A stretch of 64,000 bases of DNA from a virus: the IMG/VR virus record IMGVR_UViG_3300032245_000795, positions 32,001-96,000 of that record; one strand, given 5' to 3'. A program made the position numbers and the translations under genes. Under the pieces are notes generated by a model that worked only from the letters and a program-made list of their open reading frames with translations, was not told the origin of the DNA and ran no database searches. Below are positions 19,101 through 28,407 of the stretch, one piece after another (the first letter of the stretch is position 1; the number at the start of each line of letters is the position of its first letter).

Positions 19101-22100
19101 AGTTAAGGGTGGAGCAAAGAAGTTTTTTGCACAAGAAACATCTGGTGTAGCAGCATCTATGTCTCCAAAAGACTATGATTTAGCAATAAAGACAGAAATT
19201 TCTAAATCAATTCCAAGACTAGAAAAACTTCTTAAGACTTGGAATTTAAATCCAGAAGAAAAAATTGTTTATGGAAATATGCTACAAAGACTCAGAGATG
19301 GAGCAAAAACAGATTGGGCAGCATTACAGCCTATACATGCTCGTGCAGGAGAAGGAGTTGCTAAATTAGAATTAGGAAACTTTGAAAAATTCCAAAATGT
19401 TCCAGAGTCAAAAGCACAAGTTGAAAAACTTGTAGAGGGTTTATCAAAAGATGCAGCAGAACAATTGGAAAAGTTACCTAAAGAACAAAGAGATAGAGTG
19501 CTTGCTGCACTAGGAAAAGAAAAACCAGCACCAACACATATGAGCCAAGCAAGGCTAATGAAATTTGTAGAACAAAATATGGTTTACAAAGATGGTCTAT
19601 TCCATGATAAAAAATCTTTAGATGCTGGAAGTACAACATCTGGAAAAACTTATGAAGAAGTTATGAAGAAAGTTTTTTATCAGATGGGCCTTCAAGAAAA
19701 AGATGGTTCTTTTGTAAGCGATAAAAAATTAAATGTTCCATCTAAACTAAAGTCTGCAATGAGCACTGTAGACAAAGCAGGTGGAGGCTGGAGAACAAAC
19801 GTACCAAAAAGTTCATTGCTTTGGAAAGCCTTAGATGCAGAAGAGCAAAGTTTTAGAGCAGCAAATATGGCTGCAGGCAAAAACGATCCATTAAAAAATG
19901 TAAGAGAAAAACTTAAGTCTCTAGGTTATAATGAAAAACAAATTGCTACTGCGCTAAGATCTGAGTTATCGCATGTAGAAAAAACTGGAGAATCTGGAAG
20001 AGGTCCTGCAAAGTATTCAAAGGGATCAGCAATGTTCGACTTAAGACTACTAAATAACTACATGAATACAAAGACTAGACCTCAAAGTATTTTAGACTGG
20101 AACGCAAAAAATGGAAATGCTCTTGGATTAACAGCAACACAGATTAAAGAATTTCAAAAAGCAGCAAACTATATGAAACCTGGGGCACACCCAATAACAT
20201 TAGATGATATAAAATTAGTTCAAAAATCCGCACAACTTGATGTTTTAGCAGATGAATATCTAAAACAACAAAAGGTAAAGCCAAAGGGTTTTCCAAAACT
20301 AGGACAAGTTAATGCTTCTAAGGGGCTTTTGGCACTTCTTGATGACAGAATTGGAACAGGATACTACAAATCTTCAAAACCAATTTTTAATTTATCAAGC
20401 GGTGTAGATCAAAGTCAAAAGGTTTTAGTAGATCCAAATAACGAATTTAAAGTCGATACTAAGACTGGAAAAGTAACAAAGTTAACAAACGCTAATACAG
20501 GAGCAAAGCCTGCTGGAGCAGTTGCTAGTAGTGGAAGTTCAAGAGACAGAAGGACTACGACAGAAACACCAACACAAAGAGTTGCAACAAGAAGTCAACT
20601 TACAAGTTTCCGCAGAGGGTTTGGTAAAATTCCTGGATTCTCTATGCCTGGAAAAATCAAGGGAGACCCAAGACTAACAAACCCTACAGTAAAACAAGGA
20701 CAGTTAGCATTGCAGTTACGTGGCAAAGGATATAGCCAGGTAGAAATTGATAGAGCACTTAGAAGGTTTGCAGAAAAAGAATTAAAAAATAAAGAATCAC
20801 AGGTTCGTGCTGCTGAAAAATCAGCAAGAGCAGAAGCAGCAAGACAAAAAGAACAAGCAGCAATACAAAAAAAACAAACAGATGTTGCAAGAAAAGCATT
20901 TATAGAAAATGAGCGCAGATCACAACTAAATGCAGCACAAGCAAGAACATATGATGCTGCAGTAAAAGAAGATCAAAAGAGAACAATAAAAAATCAAAAA
21001 CAAACTGAAAAAGTAAATGCTAAACAAACAAGAATAGCACGTCAAGAAAAGGTTGGTAGATTCTCTGGCGGTGCATCTATGGCTCTTGGAACTGTTGGTA
21101 TGGGTCTTATGATGTCTGGGAATACAAATGCTGGCATGGCTGTATCAGGTTTGTCAGCCCTTGCAGGAATGGCCCCGATGCTTGCTGGTATGGGACCAGT
21201 AGGAGTAGCCCTGACTGCTGTAGCAGCAGTTGGTGGAGGGCTTTGGATGCTAGACAAGGCAGCAAAGAAAGCAGCAGAATCACAGTCTAGACAAGTTGAT
21301 GCAACAAGAGCAACAACAGAAAAAATGAAAACCATTGGAGAAATGAATGGCAAAGTTGGAGCATCTGAAATTTATGCAAGAAAAAGAAAAGAATCGGTAG
21401 CCAATAGATATTCTATTGGTTTTGAAAGAGGAAAAACCCAATATGGATCAGACTTTTTAAAAGAACAAGTTGGAAAAGATATGTTTTCTGGCATTATAGA
21501 AAGTTTAAAGTCTGGTTCTAAAAATGTTGCATCTCAGGTAGCAACAGAACTTGCTGGTTATATTTCTGATGGAATATTAACTGCACAGCAAGCAAACAGT
21601 ATTGCTGATCAGATTGGAATTGAGTTAGGCAATACTACAATTGGTGCAGATATTACTGGAAAACTACTAGAATTGGTCGGTCCAAATGGAGAAGATTTAT
21701 TAACAAATCCACTAGAAGTAAGAGTTAAAATAGTTAAAGAACAACAGAAAAATACTCAATTAGTTATGAGTGAGTTAGAAAAGTATTATAATTGGTCAGG
21801 TAAAAACAATAACGGTTTTGATGACAAGTCCGATGCTGCAAACGCTGCAGAAGTTTTTGCATCTCAGGCTGCAGCAGCAAATGTACAGGATTTAGAGTTT
21901 AATCAAGCGCAAATAGATTCTTTAAATCTTGAGTACGACAATAAAATAAAAATACTTGAAGCACAAAAAGCAACTACATCAGACAAAGCAAAGCAGTTAG
22001 AAATTCAAGGAAAAATTGATGCTGCTGAGAAAGATCGTATAACAGGAACAAAAAAATTACGAGAAAATAATAGAAAAATTATACAAGAACAAATGAAAGC

Positions 22101-25100
22101 CCTTAAGTTTGTAAAGACAAATCAAAAACAAGGTTCAGAGGCAAGTGTAGAAACTGCATACTTTGAAGCATTAAAAACTCAAGTTAGGGACAAGTACAAA
22201 GACGATCCAACACAAAATGCATTTGTAGATAAATTTTTTCAAGTTGCACAGAATGCAGGTAGCCAAGAAATAGAAGCAAAGATTATGACTGTTGTTGGTT
22301 CTGGTCAAATGCCAGTTACATCAGCAGTTAAGTTAATGGAAATGTTTGCTGGAGATGAAAAAGGACTTAATAAGATTCTTAATGTAACAACATCAATTGC
22401 AGATCCTGGAAAAGTAACAGAGTTCTTAAACTCTATTGAATTAATAACAGATCCCAATACAAAAAAAGAGATTATGGTAGAACTAACACAAAAGTCTCCA
22501 AAAGAAGCAGAAGGAATAATGTCTGCTTTTAATATGATGAAATTATTAAATCCAGAAATAAATATAGACTTCTTTTTTAAAGATGGTGGCGCAGCAGGAA
22601 TTGGAAAACTTAAGGAAATTGCAGACAAACTTGAAGAAGTTCAAAAAATAAAAGAGCCAATAACAACAAAGTTTTTGCTAGAGACAAAAGAAATTGGTGG
22701 GGTAAACCTAGAAGATCTTATTCCAATTATGGAAAAATACAAAAATCAACCAGATGTTATAAAAAAACAAGTTATTTCACAATATATTGTTATAAAAGAA
22801 ACACTTAATCCAGGAGAGATTGCAGCAGAAAAGAAAAGGCTTTTAGCAGGATATAAGGGAAATCCAAAGGGAGCCGAGCAGTATTCGGAGTACCTAAACT
22901 CTCCAGAAGGAACAAAATATGTTACAAATAAGGTTGTTGAAAATAAAATTGCACAAGCCATTAAGCCTGAGATAGAAGCACTAGAGGCAGCACGTCTTGA
23001 AGCAGAAAAACTAAAGGGAGATAAAGTTACTGACCCATTTGAATGGATGTTAGCAGCATTAAAGAATGTTCGCAACGCTGCAATAGATGCAAAGGGTGGA
23101 ATTGAAGAATTAAAAAGAGCACTTGCAAAAATTGGTCCAAAGGCTGTAGGAGATAAGTTCTTAGGAATAGATCAACAAATGATTGCTCAAGGACGTAATA
23201 AGCAGTTTATTGATTACGCTATGGGATTAACACCTGATGAGCAGGCAAAACTTTTCACTACCGCTGGACCTAAAAATAAAAGTGGTAAAAACAAGGGAAG
23301 AATACAAGACCCATATAACAAGGGCAAATTATTACCAGAGACAGCAAAACAAGGCGATGTAGTACTATCTAGCCTTGGAAAAACATATAATAGTTTCTTT
23401 GATGCAAAAGTCATTGGAGATTTCAATGCTGCAATGGGCAGATCTCTTTCATCAATAAAAGATCAAGAGAAGGCAAGAATTAAATTAGTTGCTGCTGGAT
23501 ATGATTCTGCAACAATAGAAGGTCTAATATCAGATGAATATACTACACAGTTAATTGCTTCAGGTAAAATAACAGAAGGTCAACTAAAGCAAAATGTTGA
23601 AATTTCTAAAGAACTTGCCAATAGACAAAAAATTAATAGCCTACTTTCTAGAGGTACATCAGAATTGCAAAGGCAAGCAGATATGTCAAGAGCAGCACAG
23701 GCTGCAAAGTTCTTACGTAGTCAAGGTGTTTCAGAAGATGGTGTGAGGGCAGCCCTTGCAGATGCAGGTTCATTGTCAGAAGCAATTGCTGCTATGGATC
23801 AATATAACTCTTCTGCTGGGCTTGCTGCTGGTACACTTAAAACCATTGTTGATGGACTTAACGCTATAAAGGCAAACTCAAATATAGAATTAATTCTTAA
23901 ATTTACAACAGCAAATGTTTCAGGGCAGATTCAGCAAGGAGCAGAAGCAGCCAAAAAGATAATGGACTCAAAGAGAACAGTCTACAATAATCTAACTGCT
24001 GACAAATTAAAAAATGCAACTTCGGCATATACAGATTCAAGTAAAGCCCCTCAACAAGTTGGTAAGATTGCAACAGCAACTGTAGATGCAAGGTATAAAG
24101 CAACAAATACTCCAATACCAGTGATATCAGAAGGCGCAACAATAAAGAGTCTTCAAAAAGCAATGGAAACTAAGGCTAAAGAAATAGATCTTTCATCTTC
24201 AAATCTTAGCAAGGCTAAATCTGCAGCGTCTGCAGTAAGAGATCAAATTTCAAATGCAGAAAACGCTTTGCAGACAGCACTAGATAATGCTAATGCAGGC
24301 GTTGATAAAGCAATTAAGGGAGTTCAAGATGTCATTAGAGGTTATGAAAATCAGATCAAGTCAATAGAAAAAACTATAAAGTCCAGAGAAGATGAAATAA
24401 AGAAAAGATTTACAGATAAAATAGAGGCATTTAATAAAGAAAACCAAATGCTAAGTAATGACCTTGCAATAATGGACAAGGCTGCAGAAGATATTAATGA
24501 GAAGTATGATAAGCAAGTAGAAGCCTTGCAGGAAGTAAACAAATTAAATCAAGAAATTATTGATGCACAGGGACAGCAGTTAGACCTGGCTGATGCTCTT
24601 TCTCAAGGTGATATCGCAGCAGCAGCAAGAGTTGCAAATGAGATGTCAGCATCTTATGCAAACAATCAAGCAGACACAATAATGCAGGGTATTGAACTTG
24701 CCAGAACTAATGATTTGTCAGCCTTAACTGGTGCAGAAAGCGGACTAACTGCAGATGCTATTTCAGAAAGACAATTTGCTATAAGTCAAGAAATTTATAA
24801 ACTAGAAACAGATCCTGCAAGATTGGCAATTGAAGCAGAAATACTAGCACTAAATGAAAGTGCTCTTGCAGTACAAGAATTAATTGCTGCAAAACAAGAA
24901 GAGATTGATCAAATTGAGGCTGGAAGAGCAAATATTTTAGCAGGTGTAGAGGCAGCCCATGCAGCAAACCTAAAGGCTTTGAATGATTCTTTAGTTCCAC
25001 TTGATGAGGCAGTAAAGAAAAATGAAGGAATATTAAAAAAGTTAGAAGATGAAGAAGAAGCATTGTCAGCACAAAAAGGATATCTTGAAGCAATTGCAGA

Positions 25101-28100
25101 TGAAGCAGTTGATATTGATAACACTACTGGAATGACCCTTGATGATTGGGTAGACACAGAAGACAAAGTAAAATCAATTGAAGAATTAGCAGCAGCATAT
25201 GCTCTTTCAACACTTGCAGCCCAAGCAGCAGTTGCAGCAGCAAGTACATCCTGGGGTGAAATTTTAAATTCCATTAATAAAATTCCTGATAGTATTGAAA
25301 CAAAATTAATAGTTGAGAAGATTGAGAATATAACACAAAATATTAAAAAAACATATACTGATGATGGTAGCGCAGCATCTGCAGCAGCAGCAGCAACTGC
25401 TGCAACTGCACAAGCAGAAGCAAAAGCAAAGGCCATTGCTGCAGCACTAAGAAAATTAACATCTGGACAAGCCTTAACAGCAGAAGAAAAGGCCCTGCTT
25501 TCAATAAACGGAGATGCAGATACATCAGCAGCAGACAAAGCAGTTAAAGATGCAGCAGATGTAAAGGCTAAGGCAATTGCAGATGCTCTAAGAAGATTAA
25601 ATAGCGGTCAATTGTTAACATCACAAGAAAGAGAACTTCTTGGTATGGCACCTGCTACAGACATGTATGATCCAAATGATCCATCTCACAAGGGTTCTTT
25701 TGAAACAGGTTGGTCATTAAATTCATGGGTTCATGCAATGGGCAAAGAATCAGCAGCACCCATACTAAAGAGCATGGGCTACTGGGCAGATGGTGGAGTT
25801 GTATATAGAAAAGCAGGAAGTCCTAGCCCAGAGTTTAAGGCAAAGGGAACAGATACTGTTCCAGCAATGCTAACTCCTGGAGAGTTTGTAATTAATAAGG
25901 CTGCAGTAAAAAAGTACGGACCAAAATTCTTTAAAATACTTAATGACAAAAAGTATCCAAAAAAGACTTCAGCAACAACTCCAACAGAAGTACTTGACAT
26001 AATAAGAAACCTTGGTTATTCAGTACCAGTTAAACCAACTTCTGCTTACGATTCTAACAATCAACCTACTGGAAGTGCAACTGGAAGATACTGGGGAGAG
26101 TTAGAAAGACTTTACGAAAGTTCTCCAATTGGTTTTGATGGCAAAGGAAAGCCAATACTTAACACTACAGGTAAAGATCCTTGGGGTGGTACAGAGATCC
26201 CAGGCCTTCCATTTAATGGAACAGTTCCACAATTTTCAGACTACTGGCATCAATTAGCAGAACAACCACAAAAGTTTAGTGGGCCTGCAATGGGTATAGA
26301 CAAACCTGTGGACCGCTATGCAGGATCTGGCGCATCTATGGGTGGTATTGGTAACGGAGCATACGGCTTGACTGGCCTACAGATGCTTTCTAGAGGCGGT
26401 ATGGTTAATCCATTAATGATGTCTGAAGGCGGTTCAGTGCCTTGGTATAAAAAGGCAGGAAATTTCCTAGTAGAAGCAGTTAAGGAAACTGGAAGATCTA
26501 TTGACTGGTTAACTGGAATGTATACAGCAGGACAAACTGGACAAAGAGATCCTATGATGTTCAGCAAAGACAATAAAGTTCTACTTAAGAATATCAATGC
26601 AGCAGTAGATGCTGGGTACGGCTCAGAAGCAACTAAAGTTTTGGCAACCAAAACTGCTATGAGCGGAGTAAATGTAGGATCACTTTTTCTTGGTGGGGCA
26701 TTAGGAAGCGCAACAGCAAGAGGTGCAGTTGGTGCATACGGAATATCAAAAGGAATTCCAGCACTTGAAACACTCTTGCCAACAGGATCTTTGTCTTATG
26801 CTACAAAAACAGGATTAGGGGCTGCATCTAACTTAGGATCTAGTACATATTTAAAGACTACAAACCCATTTACTCCAAAAACCACAGTATATGCCAAGGG
26901 GCCTGGAGGAATAGAAGATATCCCATTTCTTGATAAGACCAGAAAAGCAAGATTCTTGGAATATGCTAAGGGACTTAATAATAAAGATGCCAACTATTTA
27001 TCTCCAGATACTATAGCAGGAATTAAAAAAGTTGAAGCAGACGTAAAGAAAAGATTTGATGAAATTGAAGAAATAAAAAATGGAACACTTAATGGTAATC
27101 CATTGCCCGATCCAGAGAGAACCCTAGGATACTGGACACGTTATAACACAGACGATTTAATGCAAATTGCATTGGCAAAAAAATATAATATTCCACCTAT
27201 TAGTCAAGATTATTTAGCAGAGTATGCAAATATGGGATTAACTGCTTTCTATGATAAAAATTGGGCAGAGATTCATACAGCACTTGGTAGACAAACACTT
27301 GGTAGAGAGTTTGTTGGATACAGAGGTCTTAGCCACAAAGACCTTGCTGATATTGTTGGTTATAAAGAAGTAAACAAATTAGAAGATTTTACAGGAAAGG
27401 TTATAGGTAAAGAATCTGCATACCTCGGTAGCAGGGGATACGGACCAACACCTGGAGCCACACTTAAGCCTAACTGGGAAGAACTTTTAGCAGGAAGAGA
27501 CGCAAGAATTGCACCGTACGACTTTATAAATAATAAAGATCTTTTTGATTTAGAACCAGGAATAGGGGGAGTAGGAAATGCCTGGGTACCAGATGTTGCT
27601 AAATCATTTACAGAAAACCTTGATTGGGCAAAAAGAATAACAACAAATAATGATACTGGAGGAGGAGGTGTCTCTGCAATTGCAAAGGTTAACTTTGGTT
27701 CAGATGTTTTGGGGATTGACAGTATAACAAAATTAGGACTTGGTGGTTCACATGCAGACCCAACTCTTACAGAGCCATTTGTTTCTGCCTTTACTGAATT
27801 TATTCTTAAAAAGGTAACTCCTATGGCTCACAGAATTCCAGATGATACTGGGGAATTTATAACTAATGACTATGGTACCAAATGGGTTAATGGACCAGGA
27901 TATTCAAGATTAATAGATGAGTATGAATTTGATGCAGTAAGAACTTTACCTAAACCATATATAATTCCAGAAACTTTTCCTAACACAACAACGGCAAGCA
28001 TTGATAATTTAACCTTAGCAGCAAAATCACAAGCAATAGCGGATGCTATTAAAAAACAAGGTCTTCAAAATGCAGCAAAGGCAGAGGGTATGGCAAAAAG

Positions 28101-28407
28101 ATATGGAATGTCATCTGGTGGAGTAGTTCCTAAATATTTTGCTGCTGGTGGATACGCCTCTGGAACAGACATAGTACCAGCAATGCTAACTCCAGGAGAA
28201 TTTGTAATGAGTAAGTATGCTGTTGAAGCACACGGTGCAGATACTATGAAGGCAATTAATAATGGATCTTCCGTTGGTGACTCAGTGTATAATTATAGTA
28301 TCAGTGTAAATGTAAAGTCTGATTCAAACCCAGATGAAATTGCAAGAGCAGTAATGACTCAAATAAAGAGTATTGATTCACAAAAGATTAGAGGAGTTAG
28401 AATATAA
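16138..28407 (+). CDS. tape measure protein (TP901-type core) with inserted enzymatic cargo domains
   Basis: TTG start with SD GAGGTG; TP901-like core (AMKEGGINASEGANALKSGL); long Ala/Lys/Glu helical regions and hydrophobic segments; three PAML(S/T)PGE motifs. Confidence 0.92.
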   Translation: MADVNSNININFDTTAALAQLRSLQAGLSRFHQTLAEGNLAAANAQKGLNAQLIQSVGATGKFSASQVKVAGSTLAFTSALEKNKLSLRDYYRYTMAAATANTRVMGKAFAEEREIINRARRDRVKALQAQYIQMNKSNAGFMDAIKIMPKSLQMASGKFTELGTRIQYAAQKQQFLNQLLKQGSTQLLNFGKNTQWAGRQLMVGLTMPLALFGSAAAKAFKEFDAEVVKFRRVYGNAFTNDAEVNAAVENIRKLSNEYVKYGVSVTKTMEMAATAAAAGFEGSALTTQVETATKLAVLGQIEQQQALETTISLQTAFGLSSEDLAKKINFLNAVENQTLLSIEDLTIAIPKAAPVIKQLGGSVEDLAFFLTAMKEGGINASEGANALKSGLASLINPSDKAAKFLGNLGINVKGLVEANKGDIKGIVVGFARALDELDPLNRARAIEQMFGKFQFARLSTLFQNVTKDGSQASRAFQLAGASIEELAILSEREMKKIEDSTGAKFQAALENLKQEIMPLGKAFLEALTPVVKFFSGLLEKFNGLGDNTKKVIAITVAAVAGLGPVLLMTFGLLMNGVANVIKLFAMLRGGIAKLNGQTGVMGAGFNYMTQEQIENAASSEQLHQTHSRLIQVFNVEKSSVNALAASYNSLSTQMRGMATQNPALFAGGVRGAKRAVSGLPPVKKYREGVLSVPGPKGAGDVVPAMLSPGEAVIPTETTNKYRGLISAMFQDKVPGFMAGRLPGGPGRGIPLSSGPEAFRKAQQAQYRRVNDARQGYSEPHPEKKTGPTFVGMPKGSQEASQSRQILDKISDQVKIGKFGSVPPTNFGTMLQSFSGRSFPARGVGGVYRKSNGQIVVVKPTIDEKTALAEVRATQIAREVHGLVSPKQTIRTMMDPTDPTGQRKFIVIESPYDPRIASMTGKFSKSDMVKQLVASTLRGDKDLQKPNLSGNVLADVGTAGVFDRASGFRDFAKVMPSMEQQAVVNLLGVKGGAKKFFAQETSGVAASMSPKDYDLAIKTEISKSIPRLEKLLKTWNLNPEEKIVYGNMLQRLRDGAKTDWAALQPIHARAGEGVAKLELGNFEKFQNVPESKAQVEKLVEGLSKDAAEQLEKLPKEQRDRVLAALGKEKPAPTHMSQARLMKFVEQNMVYKDGLFHDKKSLDAGSTTSGKTYEEVMKKVFYQMGLQEKDGSFVSDKKLNVPSKLKSAMSTVDKAGGGWRTNVPKSSLLWKALDAEEQSFRAANMAAGKNDPLKNVREKLKSLGYNEKQIATALRSELSHVEKTGESGRGPAKYSKGSAMFDLRLLNNYMNTKTRPQSILDWNAKNGNALGLTATQIKEFQKAANYMKPGAHPITLDDIKLVQKSAQLDVLADEYLKQQKVKPKGFPKLGQVNASKGLLALLDDRIGTGYYKSSKPIFNLSSGVDQSQKVLVDPNNEFKVDTKTGKVTKLTNANTGAKPAGAVASSGSSRDRRTTTETPTQRVATRSQLTSFRRGFGKIPGFSMPGKIKGDPRLTNPTVKQGQLALQLRGKGYSQVEIDRALRRFAEKELKNKESQVRAAEKSARAEAARQKEQAAIQKKQTDVARKAFIENERRSQLNAAQARTYDAAVKEDQKRTIKNQKQTEKVNAKQTRIARQEKVGRFSGGASMALGTVGMGLMMSGNTNAGMAVSGLSALAGMAPMLAGMGPVGVALTAVAAVGGGLWMLDKAAKKAAESQSRQVDATRATTEKMKTIGEMNGKVGASEIYARKRKESVANRYSIGFERGKTQYGSDFLKEQVGKDMFSGIIESLKSGSKNVASQVATELAGYISDGILTAQQANSIADQIGIELGNTTIGADITGKLLELVGPNGEDLLTNPLEVRVKIVKEQQKNTQLVMSELEKYYNWSGKNNNGFDDKSDAANAAEVFASQAAAANVQDLEFNQAQIDSLNLEYDNKIKILEAQKATTSDKAKQLEIQGKIDAAEKDRITGTKKLRENNRKIIQEQMKALKFVKTNQKQGSEASVETAYFEALKTQVRDKYKDDPTQNAFVDKFFQVAQNAGSQEIEAKIMTVVGSGQMPVTSAVKLMEMFAGDEKGLNKILNVTTSIADPGKVTEFLNSIELITDPNTKKEIMVELTQKSPKEAEGIMSAFNMMKLLNPEINIDFFFKDGGAAGIGKLKEIADKLEEVQKIKEPITTKFLLETKEIGGVNLEDLIPIMEKYKNQPDVIKKQVISQYIVIKETLNPGEIAAEKKRLLAGYKGNPKGAEQYSEYLNSPEGTKYVTNKVVENKIAQAIKPEIEALEAARLEAEKLKGDKVTDPFEWMLAALKNVRNAAIDAKGGIEELKRALAKIGPKAVGDKFLGIDQQMIAQGRNKQFIDYAMGLTPDEQAKLFTTAGPKNKSGKNKGRIQDPYNKGKLLPETAKQGDVVLSSLGKTYNSFFDAKVIGDFNAAMGRSLSSIKDQEKARIKLVAAGYDSATIEGLISDEYTTQLIASGKITEGQLKQNVEISKELANRQKINSLLSRGTSELQRQADMSRAAQAAKFLRSQGVSEDGVRAALADAGSLSEAIAAMDQYNSSAGLAAGTLKTIVDGLNAIKANSNIELILKFTTANVSGQIQQGAEAAKKIMDSKRTVYNNLTADKLKNATSAYTDSSKAPQQVGKIATATVDARYKATNTPIPVISEGATIKSLQKAMETKAKEIDLSSSNLSKAKSAASAVRDQISNAENALQTALDNANAGVDKAIKGVQDVIRGYENQIKSIEKTIKSREDEIKKRFTDKIEAFNKENQMLSNDLAIMDKAAEDINEKYDKQVEALQEVNKLNQEIIDAQGQQLDLADALSQGDIAAAARVANEMSASYANNQADTIMQGIELARTNDLSALTGAESGLTADAISERQFAISQEIYKLETDPARLAIEAEILALNESALAVQELIAAKQEEIDQIEAGRANILAGVEAAHAANLKALNDSLVPLDEAVKKNEGILKKLEDEEEALSAQKGYLEAIADEAVDIDNTTGMTLDDWVDTEDKVKSIEELAAAYALSTLAAQAAVAAASTSWGEILNSINKIPDSIETKLIVEKIENITQNIKKTYTDDGSAASAAAAATAATAQAEAKAKAIAAALRKLTSGQALTAEEKALLSINGDADTSAADKAVKDAADVKAKAIADALRRLNSGQLLTSQERELLGMAPATDMYDPNDPSHKGSFETGWSLNSWVHAMGKESAAPILKSMGYWADGGVVYRKAGSPSPEFKAKGTDTVPAMLTPGEFVINKAAVKKYGPKFFKILNDKKYPKKTSATTPTEVLDIIRNLGYSVPVKPTSAYDSNNQPTGSATGRYWGELERLYESSPIGFDGKGKPILNTTGKDPWGGTEIPGLPFNGTVPQFSDYWHQLAEQPQKFSGPAMGIDKPVDRYAGSGASMGGIGNGAYGLTGLQMLSRGGMVNPLMMSEGGSVPWYKKAGNFLVEAVKETGRSIDWLTGMYTAGQTGQRDPMMFSKDNKVLLKNINAAVDAGYGSEATKVLATKTAMSGVNVGSLFLGGALGSATARGAVGAYGISKGIPALETLLPTGSLSYATKTGLGAASNLGSSTYLKTTNPFTPKTTVYAKGPGGIEDIPFLDKTRKARFLEYAKGLNNKDANYLSPDTIAGIKKVEADVKKRFDEIEEIKNGTLNGNPLPDPERTLGYWTRYNTDDLMQIALAKKYNIPPISQDYLAEYANMGLTAFYDKNWAEIHTALGRQTLGREFVGYRGLSHKDLADIVGYKEVNKLEDFTGKVIGKESAYLGSRGYGPTPGATLKPNWEELLAGRDARIAPYDFINNKDLFDLEPGIGGVGNAWVPDVAKSFTENLDWAKRITTNNDTGGGGVSAIAKVNFGSDVLGIDSITKLGLGGSHADPTLTEPFVSAFTEFILKKVTPMAHRIPDDTGEFITNDYGTKWVNGPGYSRLIDEYEFDAVRTLPKPYIIPETFPNTTTASIDNLTLAAKSQAIADAIKKQGLQNAAKAEGMAKRYGMSSGGVVPKYFAAGGYASGTDIVPAMLTPGEFVMSKYAVEAHGADTMKAINNGSSVGDSVYNYSISVNVKSDSNPDEIARAVMTQIKSIDSQKIRGVRI
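25420..25650 (+). repeat. tandem ~29-aa repeat inside the TMP
   Basis: AKAKAIAAALRKLTSGQALTAEEKALLSI versus VKAKAIADALRRLNSGQLLTSQERELLGM. Confidence 0.75.

Noticed and set aside
16722-25538. Several long minus-strand ORFs within the TMP (e.g. 16722..17408, 24909..25538)
   Set aside because: They mirror Ala-rich codons on the + strand, with no independent expression signals; the whole window is + strand coded.
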